A stretch of 41,235 bases of DNA, from IMG/VR virus record IMGVR_UViG_3300042465_002648, positions 1-41,235 of that record. One strand, 5' to 3'. This DNA is from a virus (taxonomy: Duplodnaviria; Caudoviricetes). Made by a program: the position numbers and the translations under genes. The notes beneath the pieces are model-generated. The model was not told the origin of the DNA and ran no database searches. It saw only the letters and a program-made list of their open reading frames with translations. The stretch's first letter is position 1; each line of letters opens with the position of its first letter. Positions 24,927-33,344 of the stretch are shown here, in pieces.

Positions 24927-26402
24927 ATGGGATTAGAACTACGGCCTTATCAAGAGGCTACGCTGAAGGCATTGCGTGAGGGGTTTGCATCGGGCAAGAA
25001 AAGCTTGATGCTCTATGCCCCGACAGGAGCAGGCAAGACAGAGATGGCTATTGCTTTGCTTGAAGCCACAAAGATGAAGGGTAATCGGGCGGCAATGGTC
25101 TTAGACAGGATCATTCTGTGCGATCAGACCAGTCAACGGCTAGACAAGTACAAGATAGAGCATGGAGTTTTACAGTCAGGTCACTGGCGTAATCTCCCAT
25201 CGGAGAAGATACAAATCTGCTCGGCTCAGACGTTGGAGAGAAGGGATGAGTTCCCTAACCTTAACCTACTCATCATTGACGAAGCCCACCAGACACGGGC
25301 GGCAACAGTTGAGTTCATCAAGAACAATCCAGAGATCAGAGTCATAGGTCTGAGTGCTACGCCATTTACCAAGGGGTTAGCTAAGGTGTATGAGGATGTG
25401 GTCTCTACTGTAACGACAAGGGATTTAGTAGATGACAAGGTGCTTGTCCCGCTAAAAGTATTTATTGCCAAAGAAATAAACATGGAGGGGGCTAAGAAGG
25501 TGGCGGGCGAGTGGTCTCCTACTGAGACTACCAAGCGGGGCATGCAGATCACTGGGGATATTGTGGTGGAGTGGGAGAAAAAGACCCATGAAATCTTTGG
25601 CAAGCCTGCTAAGACGATTGTGTTCTGCTCAGGCGTGGCTCATGGTGCTGACTTGGCGCAGAAGTTTGGTGAGCGTGGCTATAACTTTATTAACATTAGT
25701 TATCGGGATGACGATCAGTATAAGAAGGATGTGATCGAGGAGTTCAGTAAGCCTGACACAGAGATCAATGGCCTGATTGCTACTGACATTCTCACCAAGG
25801 GATTCGATGTGTCCGATGTGATGATCGGAGTATCTGCCCGTCCGTTCTCTAAGTCTTTGTCCTCTCACATTCAACAGATGGGACGGGTCATGCGTGGCCA
25901 TGAGGGGAAAGAGTTTGCCGTTTGGTTAGATCACTCAGGTAACTACCTTAGATTCCGTGAGAATTGGGATGATGTGTTCGGTGGTGGTGTTAATGAACTA
26001 GATGACGGGGCGGAAAAGACTAAGAAAGAACCGACTGAGCGTGAGAAAGAGTTGGCTAAGTGTCCTGCGTGTGGTGCTTTGTGGCCTTTGAACTCTGATA
26101 TGTGCAAGTCGTGTGGTCATATCCGGCAGAGAAAGACCAAGGTCGAGGCGGTAGCGGGTGAGATGGAGGAGTTGACGGGGACTATGACCCGTGACGACAA
26201 GCAAGTGTGGTGGTCGATGCTTAATTGGTACATCAAATATAACGGATGGTCGAAGGGGCGGGCGGCTAACGTGTACAAAGAAAAGTTTGGGGTCTGGCCT
26301 AGGTCATTGGCTGACACACCAGTCATGCCTGATCCCAAGGTAGTTAAGTTCGTGCAGGATGGTATCAATCGGTACATCAAACAGATTCGGAGGATGCGGT
26401 AA
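24927..26402 (+). CDS. Superfamily 2 (DExH) helicase with a C-terminal Zn ribbon
   Basis: LRPYQ, APTGAGKT, DEAH, SAT, QQMGRVMR, CPAC...CKSC. Confidence 0.92.
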   Translation: MGLELRPYQEATLKALREGFASGKKSLMLYAPTGAGKTEMAIALLEATKMKGNRAAMVLDRIILCDQTSQRLDKYKIEHGVLQSGHWRNLPSEKIQICSAQTLERRDEFPNLNLLIIDEAHQTRAATVEFIKNNPEIRVIGLSATPFTKGLAKVYEDVVSTVTTRDLVDDKVLVPLKVFIAKEINMEGAKKVAGEWSPTETTKRGMQITGDIVVEWEKKTHEIFGKPAKTIVFCSGVAHGADLAQKFGERGYNFINISYRDDDQYKKDVIEEFSKPDTEINGLIATDILTKGFDVSDVMIGVSARPFSKSLSSHIQQMGRVMRGHEGKEFAVWLDHSGNYLRFRENWDDVFGGGVNELDDGAEKTKKEPTEREKELAKCPACGALWPLNSDMCKSCGHIRQRKTKVEAVAGEMEELTGTMTRDDKQVWWSMLNWYIKYNGWSKGRAANVYKEKFGVWPRSLADTPVMPDPKVVKFVQDGINRYIKQIRRMR

Positions 26403-27226
26403 TGGAATTCATTTCATTTTGCAGGGCGCATGGCATCATGATCGACATTCCTCCGCCTATCGGAGTGTGGAGGAGATACCCAACGGATGACCATCCAAGG
26501 AAGCGCAACGGGGCAGTCAAGTTCATGGGAGATCATGGCTTTGTGCAGAACCATGCTACCGATACAGAGGTATCTTTGTGGCAGACAGAGACACCCGTAA
26601 AGATAGATAGAAAGAAGATCGCTAGGGATATGCGGGAGGCTGACGCTAAGCGGATGGCTGACCAAGCGGATGCAGTTAAACGGGCAGCGTTCATCTTAAG
26701 TCAGACAGTCTTAGGCAAGCATGAGTATCTGAATGCCAAGGGGTTTGAAGGCGCAGAGGACATGATCTGGGGGCATGAAGGTAAAAAGACTTTGGTTGTA
26801 CCGATGCGGGTGGATGGGCATCTTGTTGGATGTCAGCTAATCGAATCGGATGGCTCAAAGAAGTTTCTGTATGGTCAGCGCACCAGTAATGCTGAGCTAA
26901 TCATTGACAACAAGGGTGTGCATATTCTGTGTGAGGGATACGCTACGGCTTTGTCTATACAAGCGGCTCTTAAGAAGATGAGTCGGAGGTACACCATTCA
27001 TGTTTGCTTCAGTGCGGGCAACATGAAGAAGGTTGCTCAAGGCTTACCGGATGGCCTCCTCATTGCGGATAACGATAAAAGCGGGACAGGCGAGCGTGTC
27101 GCGAAGGAGATCGGATGGAAGTATTGGATGAGCGATGTGGTGGGAGAGGACGCGAACGATACCCATCAAAGGGTTGGCTTATTGAAGCTAGGTCTAAGCC
27201 TCGTTGCGTCATTGAAACTGGTCTGA
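26402..27226 (+). CDS. Toprim-domain DNA primase
   Basis: CEGYATA and ADND Toprim motifs; DAND near the C-terminus. Confidence 0.85.
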   Translation: MEFISFCRAHGIMIDIPPPIGVWRRYPTDDHPRKRNGAVKFMGDHGFVQNHATDTEVSLWQTETPVKIDRKKIARDMREADAKRMADQADAVKRAAFILSQTVLGKHEYLNAKGFEGAEDMIWGHEGKKTLVVPMRVDGHLVGCQLIESDGSKKFLYGQRTSNAELIIDNKGVHILCEGYATALSIQAALKKMSRRYTIHVCFSAGNMKKVAQGLPDGLLIADNDKSGTGERVAKEIGWKYWMSDVVGEDANDTHQRVGLLKLGLSLVASLKLV

Positions 27227-27409
27227 GTAATACATGTGGTCAACGCTCAAGATTTCGGGGTTTAGCTTCTCCGCCATCTTGAGGTTGGCTAGTATCTCTA
27301 AGCCGATTTCGTAGCTCATCATGCCGTGGCCTATGTGGTCAGACTTGACAGTTACGAAACCGGATTCATCTTCTACGAGATAGATTGCGAACAAAGTTTT
27401 CTTTTTCAT
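27209..27409 (-). CDS. Hypothetical protein
   Basis: Start coupled to the upstream stop (TGATG). Confidence 0.5.
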   Translation of the reverse strand: MKKKTLFAIYLVEDESGFVTVKSDHIGHGMMSYEIGLEILANLKMAEKLNPEILSVDHMYYSDQFQ

Positions 27410-27591
27410 CAAAAGTATTTGCCAAGAACATAGCCTATTGCAATACAAACTGAGGCTAATTGCAAGGTCTCTTGCCAGTAAGTCGGACGATCTCCTGTGA
27501 TTTCGATGGCGCATCCGTAGCGGGCGCGGTGTTCGGGGTCATCGGGAAAAGCCTCGGCTAAGGTGCGGGGGAAGGTTCTAGTTGTTTCCAT
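27409..27591 (-). CDS. Small protein (TRTFPRTLAEAF motif, C-terminal TM)
   Basis: Motif recurrent in betaproteobacterial phages. Confidence 0.65.
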   Translation of the reverse strand: METTRTFPRTLAEAFPDDPEHRARYGCAIEITGDRPTYWQETLQLASVCIAIGYVLGKYF

Positions 27592-27593
27592 GA

Positions 27594-27758
27594 TTAGTCC
27601 AATGATTCTTTTACTTGAATGAGTTCTTCGAGGGTGTCGATGATAAATCCGTAGAGGTCAGTCAGTTCCGGAGGTTTACCCTCGGCAAAAGCCCTGCGTT
27701 CCATGTCTCGGAATATGTCTAGCTTCTCATCGTCCCAATAGCTTGATTGGTAGTTCAT
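27594..27758 (-). CDS. 54-aa hypothetical protein (not in ORF track)
   Basis: MNYQSSYWDD...; GAGG RBS; ATGA overlap. Confidence 0.55.
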   Translation of the reverse strand: MNYQSSYWDDEKLDIFRDMERRAFAEGKPPELTDLYGFIIDTLEELIQVKESLD

Positions 27759-27919
27759 AGATTGGCCTCTAATTCTTTGAGTATTTCTCGCGCCTTAATA
27801 AGAGTATCGTTGTCTATCTCTGCCTGTCCACTATCAACAAACTCCCCGTAATGTTCCTCAATAAAATATTCTGCGAGAAACAATGCCATTCTTAGTTCGT
27901 GTATTTGATCTTTGGTCAT
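27755..27919 (-). CDS. 54-aa hypothetical protein (not in ORF track)
   Basis: MTKDQIHELR...; ATGA overlap. Confidence 0.55.
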   Translation of the reverse strand: MTKDQIHELRMALFLAEYFIEEHYGEFVDSGQAEIDNDTLIKAREILKELEANL

Positions 27920-28287
27920 GCTTTTCTATCCTTGAAGTATTTGCGAGCGTCTGCCCACACCCCACGGGCATCGGCTAAACCTGTGTAGTACTCACCGCAA
28001 TATTCTTTATAGAAGTCGTCATCGTCCTGTGCCAACACAAAGGCTTGGACAATACCTCGCGGTGCGTCTGCAACATTTCTTAGATAGGAATTTATAAAGG
28101 CTTGTTGTTCTTCGGTGAAGTTTTCCGGCAACAGTTCCACGCTTTGAACAGTCCAGTTTGACAATTCCTTTTGTTCGTAGTTCTCTCCGTCCATTGTCTT
28201 AGCTTGTAAATGTGCATCATCTGCGGTGTCTGCTTCAACTTTAGCTACGCAAGTGATTGTGTACGAGGCGGTTACTTTGTATTTCAT
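27916..28287 (-). CDS. Hypothetical early protein
   Basis: GGAGG RBS. Confidence 0.65.
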   Translation of the reverse strand: MKYKVTASYTITCVAKVEADTADDAHLQAKTMDGENYEQKELSNWTVQSVELLPENFTEEQQAFINSYLRNVADAPRGIVQAFVLAQDDDDFYKEYCGEYYTGLADARGVWADARKYFKDRKA

Positions 28288-28488
28288 TTATTCCTCCATT
28301 AAAAATATGCCCTTGTGTACACAAGTGGCGAACAAGTTGTTGTCAGTTTCATTCTTGAACCCTACAAACCCATGCAGTTGGATGTGTCGGAACACCTCCC
28401 TCTGTTCCTCGGGTTCTCTATCAAAGAACCAATCCGTTTCGTAGTCAACACAGGCGTTTACCATCTGTGTTTTAGTTATTGCAGTCAT
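28288..28488 (-). CDS. Hypothetical early protein
   Basis: AAGGAG RBS. Confidence 0.65.
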   Translation of the reverse strand: MTAITKTQMVNACVDYETDWFFDREPEEQREVFRHIQLHGFVGFKNETDNNLFATCVHKGIFLMEE

Positions 28489-28504
28489 TTGCTTTCTCCT
28501 TTAA

Positions 28505-28666
28505 TTAGTCGTCTGTGTCTGTGTTTAGTTCAACGAATGGTTGTTCGTCATGGATAAATGAATCGTCTACGCTCGCAATTCGGCTGCGATTTCCGGCATC
28601 CCACACCATTACGTCAAGGTGCGGGGGCAGTTCGCTTAGGTGGGCGATAAGTTCTGAGACTTTCAT
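28505..28666 (-). CDS. 53-aa hypothetical protein (not in ORF track)
   Basis: MKVSELIAHLSELPPHLDV...; ATGA overlap. Confidence 0.6.
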   Translation of the reverse strand: MKVSELIAHLSELPPHLDVMVWDAGNRSRIASVDDSFIHDEQPFVELNTDTDD

Positions 28667-28866
28667 GATGAAACCTTTTCTAATGCTTTACGGGTTTGTT
28701 TAATCTCAGTCAGAATAAATTCCGCCCAGTTGAGGGCTTCGTCCTCGTTAATTGTCCATATTGGGTCAATGCGTAGATCGCTAGCGGTCTCCTCTGCCGC
28801 TTCCCAATCTCCGTGGTCGCCCAAGTTATACAAAAGCCCATCAGGGTTTAATGCAAAGTAGATCAT
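28663..28866 (-). CDS. Hypothetical early protein
   Basis: Begins in the 16-nt start-associated repeat. Confidence 0.7.
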   Translation of the reverse strand: MIYFALNPDGLLYNLGDHGDWEAAEETASDLRIDPIWTINEDEALNWAEFILTEIKQTRKALEKVSS

Positions 28867-29150
28867 CGGATGGTCTCCTTAATGTATTGGTTAGCTTCTT
28901 CCTCGGTATCAAAGCCTAAATATTCTCCGTTCTCGTCTATCCATTCGTCCGTTGTATTGCCGTAGATAACCCAAATGTCATCTGACTGCTCAACGTGCCA
29001 ACAGTTCGGGTCATTAAATCTCTCCATGTAAAGTTCATGCACAATCTTTTTGCAAGTTGTGTCATCTTCACCTGTCAAACGTGCCAGTTCTGCGGGGTGG
29101 TTCTCAACCAATAGATCGCTGATCTGTGCTTTTAGTTCTGCGTGGTTCAT
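28863..29150 (-). CDS. Hypothetical early protein
   Basis: Ends KETIR* inside the repeat. Confidence 0.65.
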   Translation of the reverse strand: MNHAELKAQISDLLVENHPAELARLTGEDDTTCKKIVHELYMERFNDPNCWHVEQSDDIWVIYGNTTDEWIDENGEYLGFDTEEEANQYIKETIR

Positions 29151-29398
29151 TTTCTCTGCCTCTCTAGTCGAACAGTTAGCTCAATAGCGGCTTCTATACT
29201 GTCCCAGTTGATACCAATGGTTGCGTCAAAGGCTTTAGCAACCCAGTGCATAGCCTCCTCAACCATGCCGTCAGTTAGTTCAACTTCCATCTGTTCCGCC
29301 ACTGACCGGATGTCGTCCTCGTCCCAGTCATCGCGTAAAACTAAGCATCCGTTTTCTTTAATTACTTTTGCCATATCAATCCTCCGTTTCGTGTTCAA
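29147..29398 (-). CDS. Hypothetical early protein
   Basis: Acidic ORF; true start is probably the GGAGG-preceded MAKVI. Confidence 0.6.
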   Translation of the reverse strand: MNTKRRIDMAKVIKENGCLVLRDDWDEDDIRSVAEQMEVELTDGMVEEAMHWVAKAFDATIGINWDSIEAAIELTVRLERQRK

Positions 29399-29564
29399 GT
29401 TCAGCGTGTATCGGGTCGGAATACGCTTGCAGTTTGTTGTCTAACTGAAAAACATAATCAAGTTCTTCCGTCAAATTGTTTATTGCGTCTAGCCTGTTAT
29501 CGCCAACAACAAAAACATCTAGGGTTATCTTCCAAACTTTCATATTGATCCCTCCTCTTTCCAT
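29376..29564 (-). CDS. Hypothetical early protein
   Basis: GAGGAGG RBS precedes MKVWK, the likely start. Confidence 0.55.
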   Translation of the reverse strand: MERGGINMKVWKITLDVFVVGDNRLDAINNLTEELDYVFQLDNKLQAYSDPIHAELEHETED

Positions 29565-29959
29565 TCGTTAATCATGCTTATCGCCCAGTCAACGCAAAAG
29601 GAATAGTCCTCGAAGGAATAGCCTTGTGCAACATAGGCGCAAGCGTCATTCAATACTGCATCGGATGGCATTTCTACGATGTCCGTCCCTGCTTTAATGC
29701 GGTCTTTAACATCTTTGATGCTAAATATTGAAGTGATATGCCAACCATGCTTAGCCAGTTTGTCGGTGTAATACAGTAAAGCGCGGCTCTCGGTCATGAG
29801 GGTTTGATCTTTGTCAAAGGCTGAATAAAGTACGTCCTCGGCATGGGTAAACTTGTCAAAAAGGTTATCGCCCTTGGCATCGCAAAGGTATTCGCCCTCA
29901 AGTTCTCCGTCCATGTGTTGCACCATGAACCCGTCTTTTGTGCTGATAATTTCAATCAT
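29540..29959 (-). CDS. Hypothetical early protein (N-terminus paralogous to 30788..30973)
   Basis: Begins in the repeat; GEYLCDAKGDNLFD motif. Confidence 0.7.
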   Translation of the reverse strand: MIEIISTKDGFMVQHMDGELEGEYLCDAKGDNLFDKFTHAEDVLYSAFDKDQTLMTESRALLYYTDKLAKHGWHITSIFSIKDVKDRIKAGTDIVEMPSDAVLNDACAYVAQGYSFEDYSFCVDWAISMINEWKEEGSI

Positions 29960-30090
29960 CGGATGGTCTCCTCGACATAAGCGGCATTGCCTGTCTGCTC
30001 GCGGTAAAAATTTGCCTCTGCGTAGGCGGCTGAGAAAGTCTCAAACTCGCCTAAAAGAGTGCCGTTGTGATTGCGTACTTGGTACTTCAT
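29956..30090 (-). CDS. 44-aa protein bounded by two repeat copies (not in ORF track)
   Basis: MKYQVRNHNG...EETIR*. Confidence 0.65.
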   Translation of the reverse strand: MKYQVRNHNGTLLGEFETFSAAYAEANFYREQTGNAAYVEETIR

Positions 30091-30102
30091 CGGATGGTCT
30101 CC

Positions 30103-30414
30103 TCAATTTATGGTTGCGTAGTGGTGGTTTACTGTGTCGCGGATGGCGTCCAAATTCTGCAAGGCTTGGGCGTGTTGGGTCTCCAATGCTTTGGGTGTGC
30201 ATCGGGCGACGCGGCTCGTCAAAAGCGTTTTGTTGTAGTCGTGAAACATTCGATGCGAGAAAAACTGACCCTCTCGGATGGTCACAACTGCGGTAGTCGT
30301 CAGGTTGCCGGATGATCTTTTCATCGTGGTAAGCGATAACTGCATTGAGTCGCTCAATAAAATATTGGTCTCGGTCATGTAACCGCTTGGTGTTTTGCGT
30401 GTGCGTGTGTTCAT
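30103..30414 (-). CDS. Hypothetical early protein
   Basis: GAGG RBS; ATGA overlap. Confidence 0.65.
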   Translation of the reverse strand: MNTRTRKTPSGYMTETNILLSDSMQLSLTTMKRSSGNLTTTAVVTIREGQFFSHRMFHDYNKTLLTSRVARCTPKALETQHAQALQNLDAIRDTVNHHYATIN

Positions 30415-30719
30415 CTTGTCGCCTCTTGAATGTATGTTCTGACTGTGTGCATATCCTCATCGCTGACTGTGTAGGTATCACGTTGCCCCCCGTCAAGGCA
30501 TAGACCGCCCGTAGGGTCGCCCCCATAAAAGCCCTCATGCCCGAGTAGCGTCCCGACGTAATAGCGGCTTACAAACCCGCCCCGCCCGTTGTCAGTCGGA
30601 TAATTCGAGTCGTAGAATTCAACCATTGGTCGGTCGTCGTCATGGGTCAGGCAATCGTCGCGCCCGAATGGGTCGCCCTTTCGCACAATCCTGACGTTGT
30701 ATTTATTAACTTTTAGCAT
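30411..30719 (-). CDS. Hypothetical early protein
   Basis: AAAGGA RBS before MLKVNK; VEFYD...FVSRYY motif. Confidence 0.7.
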   Translation of the reverse strand: MLKVNKYNVRIVRKGDPFGRDDCLTHDDDRPMVEFYDSNYPTDNGRGGFVSRYYVGTLLGHEGFYGGDPTGGLCLDGGQRDTYTVSDEDMHTVRTYIQEATR

Positions 30720-30787
30720 TGCTTTTCCTTTGTTGTAGGGACAATTCCCCCCAAAGCCCTCGGGCGAAGGCTTCAGGCGTAACAGTC

Positions 30788-30973
30788 TCAAGTCATGCCG
30801 TTGTCTGCGTCTGTGCCGAAGGTCATCAAGTGCGTGTGCATTAAGTCCTCGGCTTCTGCGTAGGTGTCAAATAAGTTATCTCCATTGGTATCGCACACAT
30901 ACTCGCCAAGTTCCTCGCCTTGGGTGTGTTCAACCATGTAGCCGTTGTTGGTCTTGATAATTTCCAGTTTCAT
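30788..30973 (-). CDS. Hypothetical early protein
   Basis: AAGGAG RBS before MKLEII. Confidence 0.65.
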   Translation of the reverse strand: MKLEIIKTNNGYMVEHTQGEELGEYVCDTNGDNLFDTYAEAEDLMHTHLMTFGTDADNGMT

Positions 30974-30983
30974 GTTTTCTCCT

Positions 30984-31160
30984 TTATGTGCGGGCTTCTG
31001 ATCTGCCCAGTTCAAACAATCGGACGATCTCCAAGCGGTTGGCGGGGTCTTTGGCGGTGGCTTGAGCTAGCCAAGTGCGGTAGGTTTTCGCTCGTGCGCT
31101 GCTTTTTGTGCGCTCGAATTTATAGCCCATGTCGATGATGTAAGCGGGTGGATAGTTCAT
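30984..31160 (-). CDS. 58-aa hypothetical protein (not in ORF track)
   Basis: GAGGA RBS; MNYPPAYIIDMG... Confidence 0.55.
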   Translation of the reverse strand: MNYPPAYIIDMGYKFERTKSSARAKTYRTWLAQATAKDPANRLEIVRLFELGRSEART

Positions 31161-31167
31161 AGCGTCC

Positions 31168-31446
31168 TCACTTGTACAAAATCAGGTCGCGAAGTGTTCG
31201 CATCTCATCGCGCCATGATTGCCCGCAGATATAGTTCACCCCGTCATCGTCAACAGTTACGCGAGAGAAAAGCCCCGCATCTTGCCAAAGGGACAAAGGA
31301 AGGTTAATCCGTCGCGCCAATTTGTTGACTGTTTCGCGTCTGCAATACTTGCTCACCATGCAGAGTAGGTCGTGCTTTTGTGCATCGGTCAGGGTGGCGG
31401 GTTTCCCCGCTTTAGCGTCACAGATAAGGTTGTTGAGGTTGGTCAT
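31168..31446 (-). CDS. Hypothetical early protein
   Basis: Begins in the repeat (MTNLNN). Confidence 0.7.
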   Translation of the reverse strand: MTNLNNLICDAKAGKPATLTDAQKHDLLCMVSKYCRRETVNKLARRINLPLSLWQDAGLFSRVTVDDDGVNYICGQSWRDEMRTLRDLILYK

Positions 31447-31459
31447 CGGATGGTCTCCT

Positions 31460-31636
31460 TTAAATTGTTGCGGGGTCATGGATAACTGGCTCGTCGTTTT
31501 TACTGGCGAGCATTACAGTAACTTCGTAGGATTTTTTGGCTTTAAAAATCTTTGAGGCGATCAGTTGCGCGTCGTATGAACGCAAGGCGTTTACAGTGAT
31601 CTGTTTGCCTTTGTAAAAAGCGATATAGGTAAACAT
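31460..31636 (-). CDS. 58-aa hypothetical protein (not in ORF track)
   Basis: GGAGG RBS; MFTYIAFYKGK... Confidence 0.6.
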   Translation of the reverse strand: MFTYIAFYKGKQITVNALRSYDAQLIASKIFKAKKSYEVTVMLASKNDEPVIHDPATI

Positions 31637-31783
31637 TCAAGCCTCCCAAATGCCGTAGCCCTTGGGCATACGTGAAAGCCCATGCTGAAGGCGGAATCGG
31701 GCAATAGCATCTTTTTTATTCGTGCCGTAGCAAGTCATGGCGATGTGTATCCATGTTGGGATGTGGACAAAATAGCGTTTCAT
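31637..31783 (-). CDS. 48-aa hypothetical protein (not in ORF track)
   Basis: Begins in the repeat; MKRYFVHIPTW... Confidence 0.6.
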   Translation of the reverse strand: MKRYFVHIPTWIHIAMTCYGTNKKDAIARFRLQHGLSRMPKGYGIWEA

Positions 31784-31992
31784 CGGATGGTCTCCTTTGT
31801 GGTTTCTAGGTGGTTGTGAAGTTGCTCAAGTACTTGGGCGCGTGTGCCGGTATAGCCCTCGTTTTTGAGGATTTGATACGCAGACTGTCCGCGCTTTTTC
31901 ATGCCCGCGATCTCAAGGCGCAAAGCCCCCCGAAGGGCTAGAAGGCGGTAGCGGGCGATCTTTTCGGGCGTGTCTAAAATAATGGCGTTCAT
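31780..31992 (-). CDS. Hypothetical early protein
   Basis: Begins and ends in repeat copies. Confidence 0.7.
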   Translation of the reverse strand: MNAIILDTPEKIARYRLLALRGALRLEIAGMKKRGQSAYQILKNEGYTGTRAQVLEQLHNHLETTKETIR

Positions 31993-32004
31993 CGGATGGT
32001 CTCC

Positions 32005-32196
32005 TTACTTGGTGGGTTTAACAACTTGGTACATGTCCCAACCGATAGTGACAACCATGTGTCCCTCGGTCAGAAGTTCCGCGATCATGTTCCGGTCGGC
32101 AGTGTTCCATCCCGCCCAGTCTGCGGGGTAGCGTTGAACTTCAGACCAACCGCGAAGTTCGGATTTTCTGTGGTGGGCGATTATTGGGGTGTTCAT
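32005..32196 (-). CDS. Hypothetical early protein
   Basis: Begins in the repeat. Confidence 0.7.
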   Translation of the reverse strand: MNTPIIAHHRKSELRGWSEVQRYPADWAGWNTADRNMIAELLTEGHMVVTIGWDMYQVVKPTK

Positions 32197-32209
32197 CGGA
32201 TGGTCTCCT

Positions 32210-32461
32210 TTAGATGTAATTAACTGTCAGGGTGGCACAGTCAGCGAGTAACCCGCAGACCTCGCATTGATCGAAGTTTTCGCCCTCATCGGGTGACACA
32301 TCAAAGACCTTGTGCATTGGTGCTTTGAGGTGGTAATGGTTGGGGAGGTTTTGTTCCCATTCCCACAGTTGCGCCCCCTCGTCATCGGTCAAGCCTGATT
32401 CATCGTCATTGATGAGGGCAGACACAAAGTGTTTTGCGATCTTGAATTCATAGGTTTTCAT
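32210..32461 (-). CDS. Hypothetical early protein
   Basis: AAGGAG RBS; ALINDDESGL and CEVC motifs. Confidence 0.7.
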   Translation of the reverse strand: MKTYEFKIAKHFVSALINDDESGLTDDEGAQLWEWEQNLPNHYHLKAPMHKVFDVSPDEGENFDQCEVCGLLADCATLTVNYI

Positions 32462-32525
32462 CGTCTCTCCTTTGGTTGGTGGTAAGTAATCCCCAAAGCC
32501 CTCACCGGAGGGCTTCAGGCATGCC

Positions 32526-32765
32526 TTAGCGCGTTTTTTTCTTGTCGAAGAAGCCTAGCCACTGAGTGCCGTCAACTTGAGGCTGAAACAGGTTGATTTC
32601 ATATTCTTGGGTATGCGGAACAGGGACAAGAAAAAGGTTATAGGCGTAGCCCTCTTTATCCATGTGCTTGATAAGTTGCCGGAGGTCTCGCTTGTCGGTG
32701 GTTGTGATGTAGGTGCAAAAGGAGGACGCGAAGAAGTGGCAGTGATCGGGTTGAAGTTTGGTCAT
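32526..32765 (-). CDS. Hypothetical early protein
   Basis: AAGGA RBS. Confidence 0.65.
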   Translation of the reverse strand: MTKLQPDHCHFFASSFCTYITTTDKRDLRQLIKHMDKEGYAYNLFLVPVPHTQEYEINLFQPQVDGTQWLGFFDKKKTR

Positions 32766-32774
32766 GGTTTTTCC

Positions 32775-33029
32775 TTATTTGTAATCGTGGATAGGGGCGC
32801 AGAGAATTTTGAACATCCGGTTAACGCTCTCGGTGTTGTAGGGAACAGGCTTGCCCTTGTCGAGCATGATGAAAGAACCATCGTCCAAGTGAACAGTGAA
32901 GTCAGGGTCGGCTTCACAGTAGACCAAGTAAATGTCTTGACCATTCAAGCGAGATTCAATCAACAGTTCGATGATCGAATCGGTTATGCCGTCTTGACTG
33001 AATTCTTCACGTTTTAGTGTGGGTTGCAT
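32775..33029 (-). CDS. Hypothetical early protein (first gene of the operon)
   Basis: AAAGGA RBS before MQPTLK. Confidence 0.55.
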   Translation of the reverse strand: MQPTLKREEFSQDGITDSIIELLIESRLNGQDIYLVYCEADPDFTVHLDDGSFIMLDKGKPVPYNTESVNRMFKILCAPIHDYK

Positions 33030-33242
33030 TATCAATCCTTTGTAGGTGGTTGCATTGTAGTGTAAGGTTTTATTGTGCCTTACATATATATAGCATAATA
33101 GAATCGTGCCATGTATCAAAAAAGCCTTTAAAATCAACGCTAGGTATTTTCCCTATGTAATACGTTTGGTTTCAAAAATGCAGAGAATCAATAAATCATT
33201 TTGAAAACAAATTCATTACAAAAACAAGCTGCATAAAAGGGC

Positions 33243-33264
33243 TAGAAATCATTAATCATTTCTG
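33243..33264. promoter_or_regulatory. Operator-like palindrome copy
   Basis: Its reverse complement is identical to 34107-34128. Confidence 0.65.
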
Positions 33265-33344
33265 TTCCAATCGCCCCGTCGGGACATAGCGAAGCGGAAC
33301 GGCTTTGCCTCCCATTCCCCCAATCATGTAGGAGAGACACAGAG

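Larger units (their letters stand above)
28864..32209 (-). repeat. Seven exact copies of AGGAGACCATCCGATG (RBS plus start codon)
   Basis: 28864-28879, 29957-29972, 30088-30103, 31444-31459, 31781-31796, 31990-32005, 32194-32209. Confidence 0.92.

Noticed and set aside
33090-33120. Sigma54 or sigma70 promoter for the early operon (TGGCACG; TTGATA-16-TATGCT)
   Set aside because: No TTGC at the -12 position, and the sigma70 match is weak. A promoter must exist nearby but cannot be placed.
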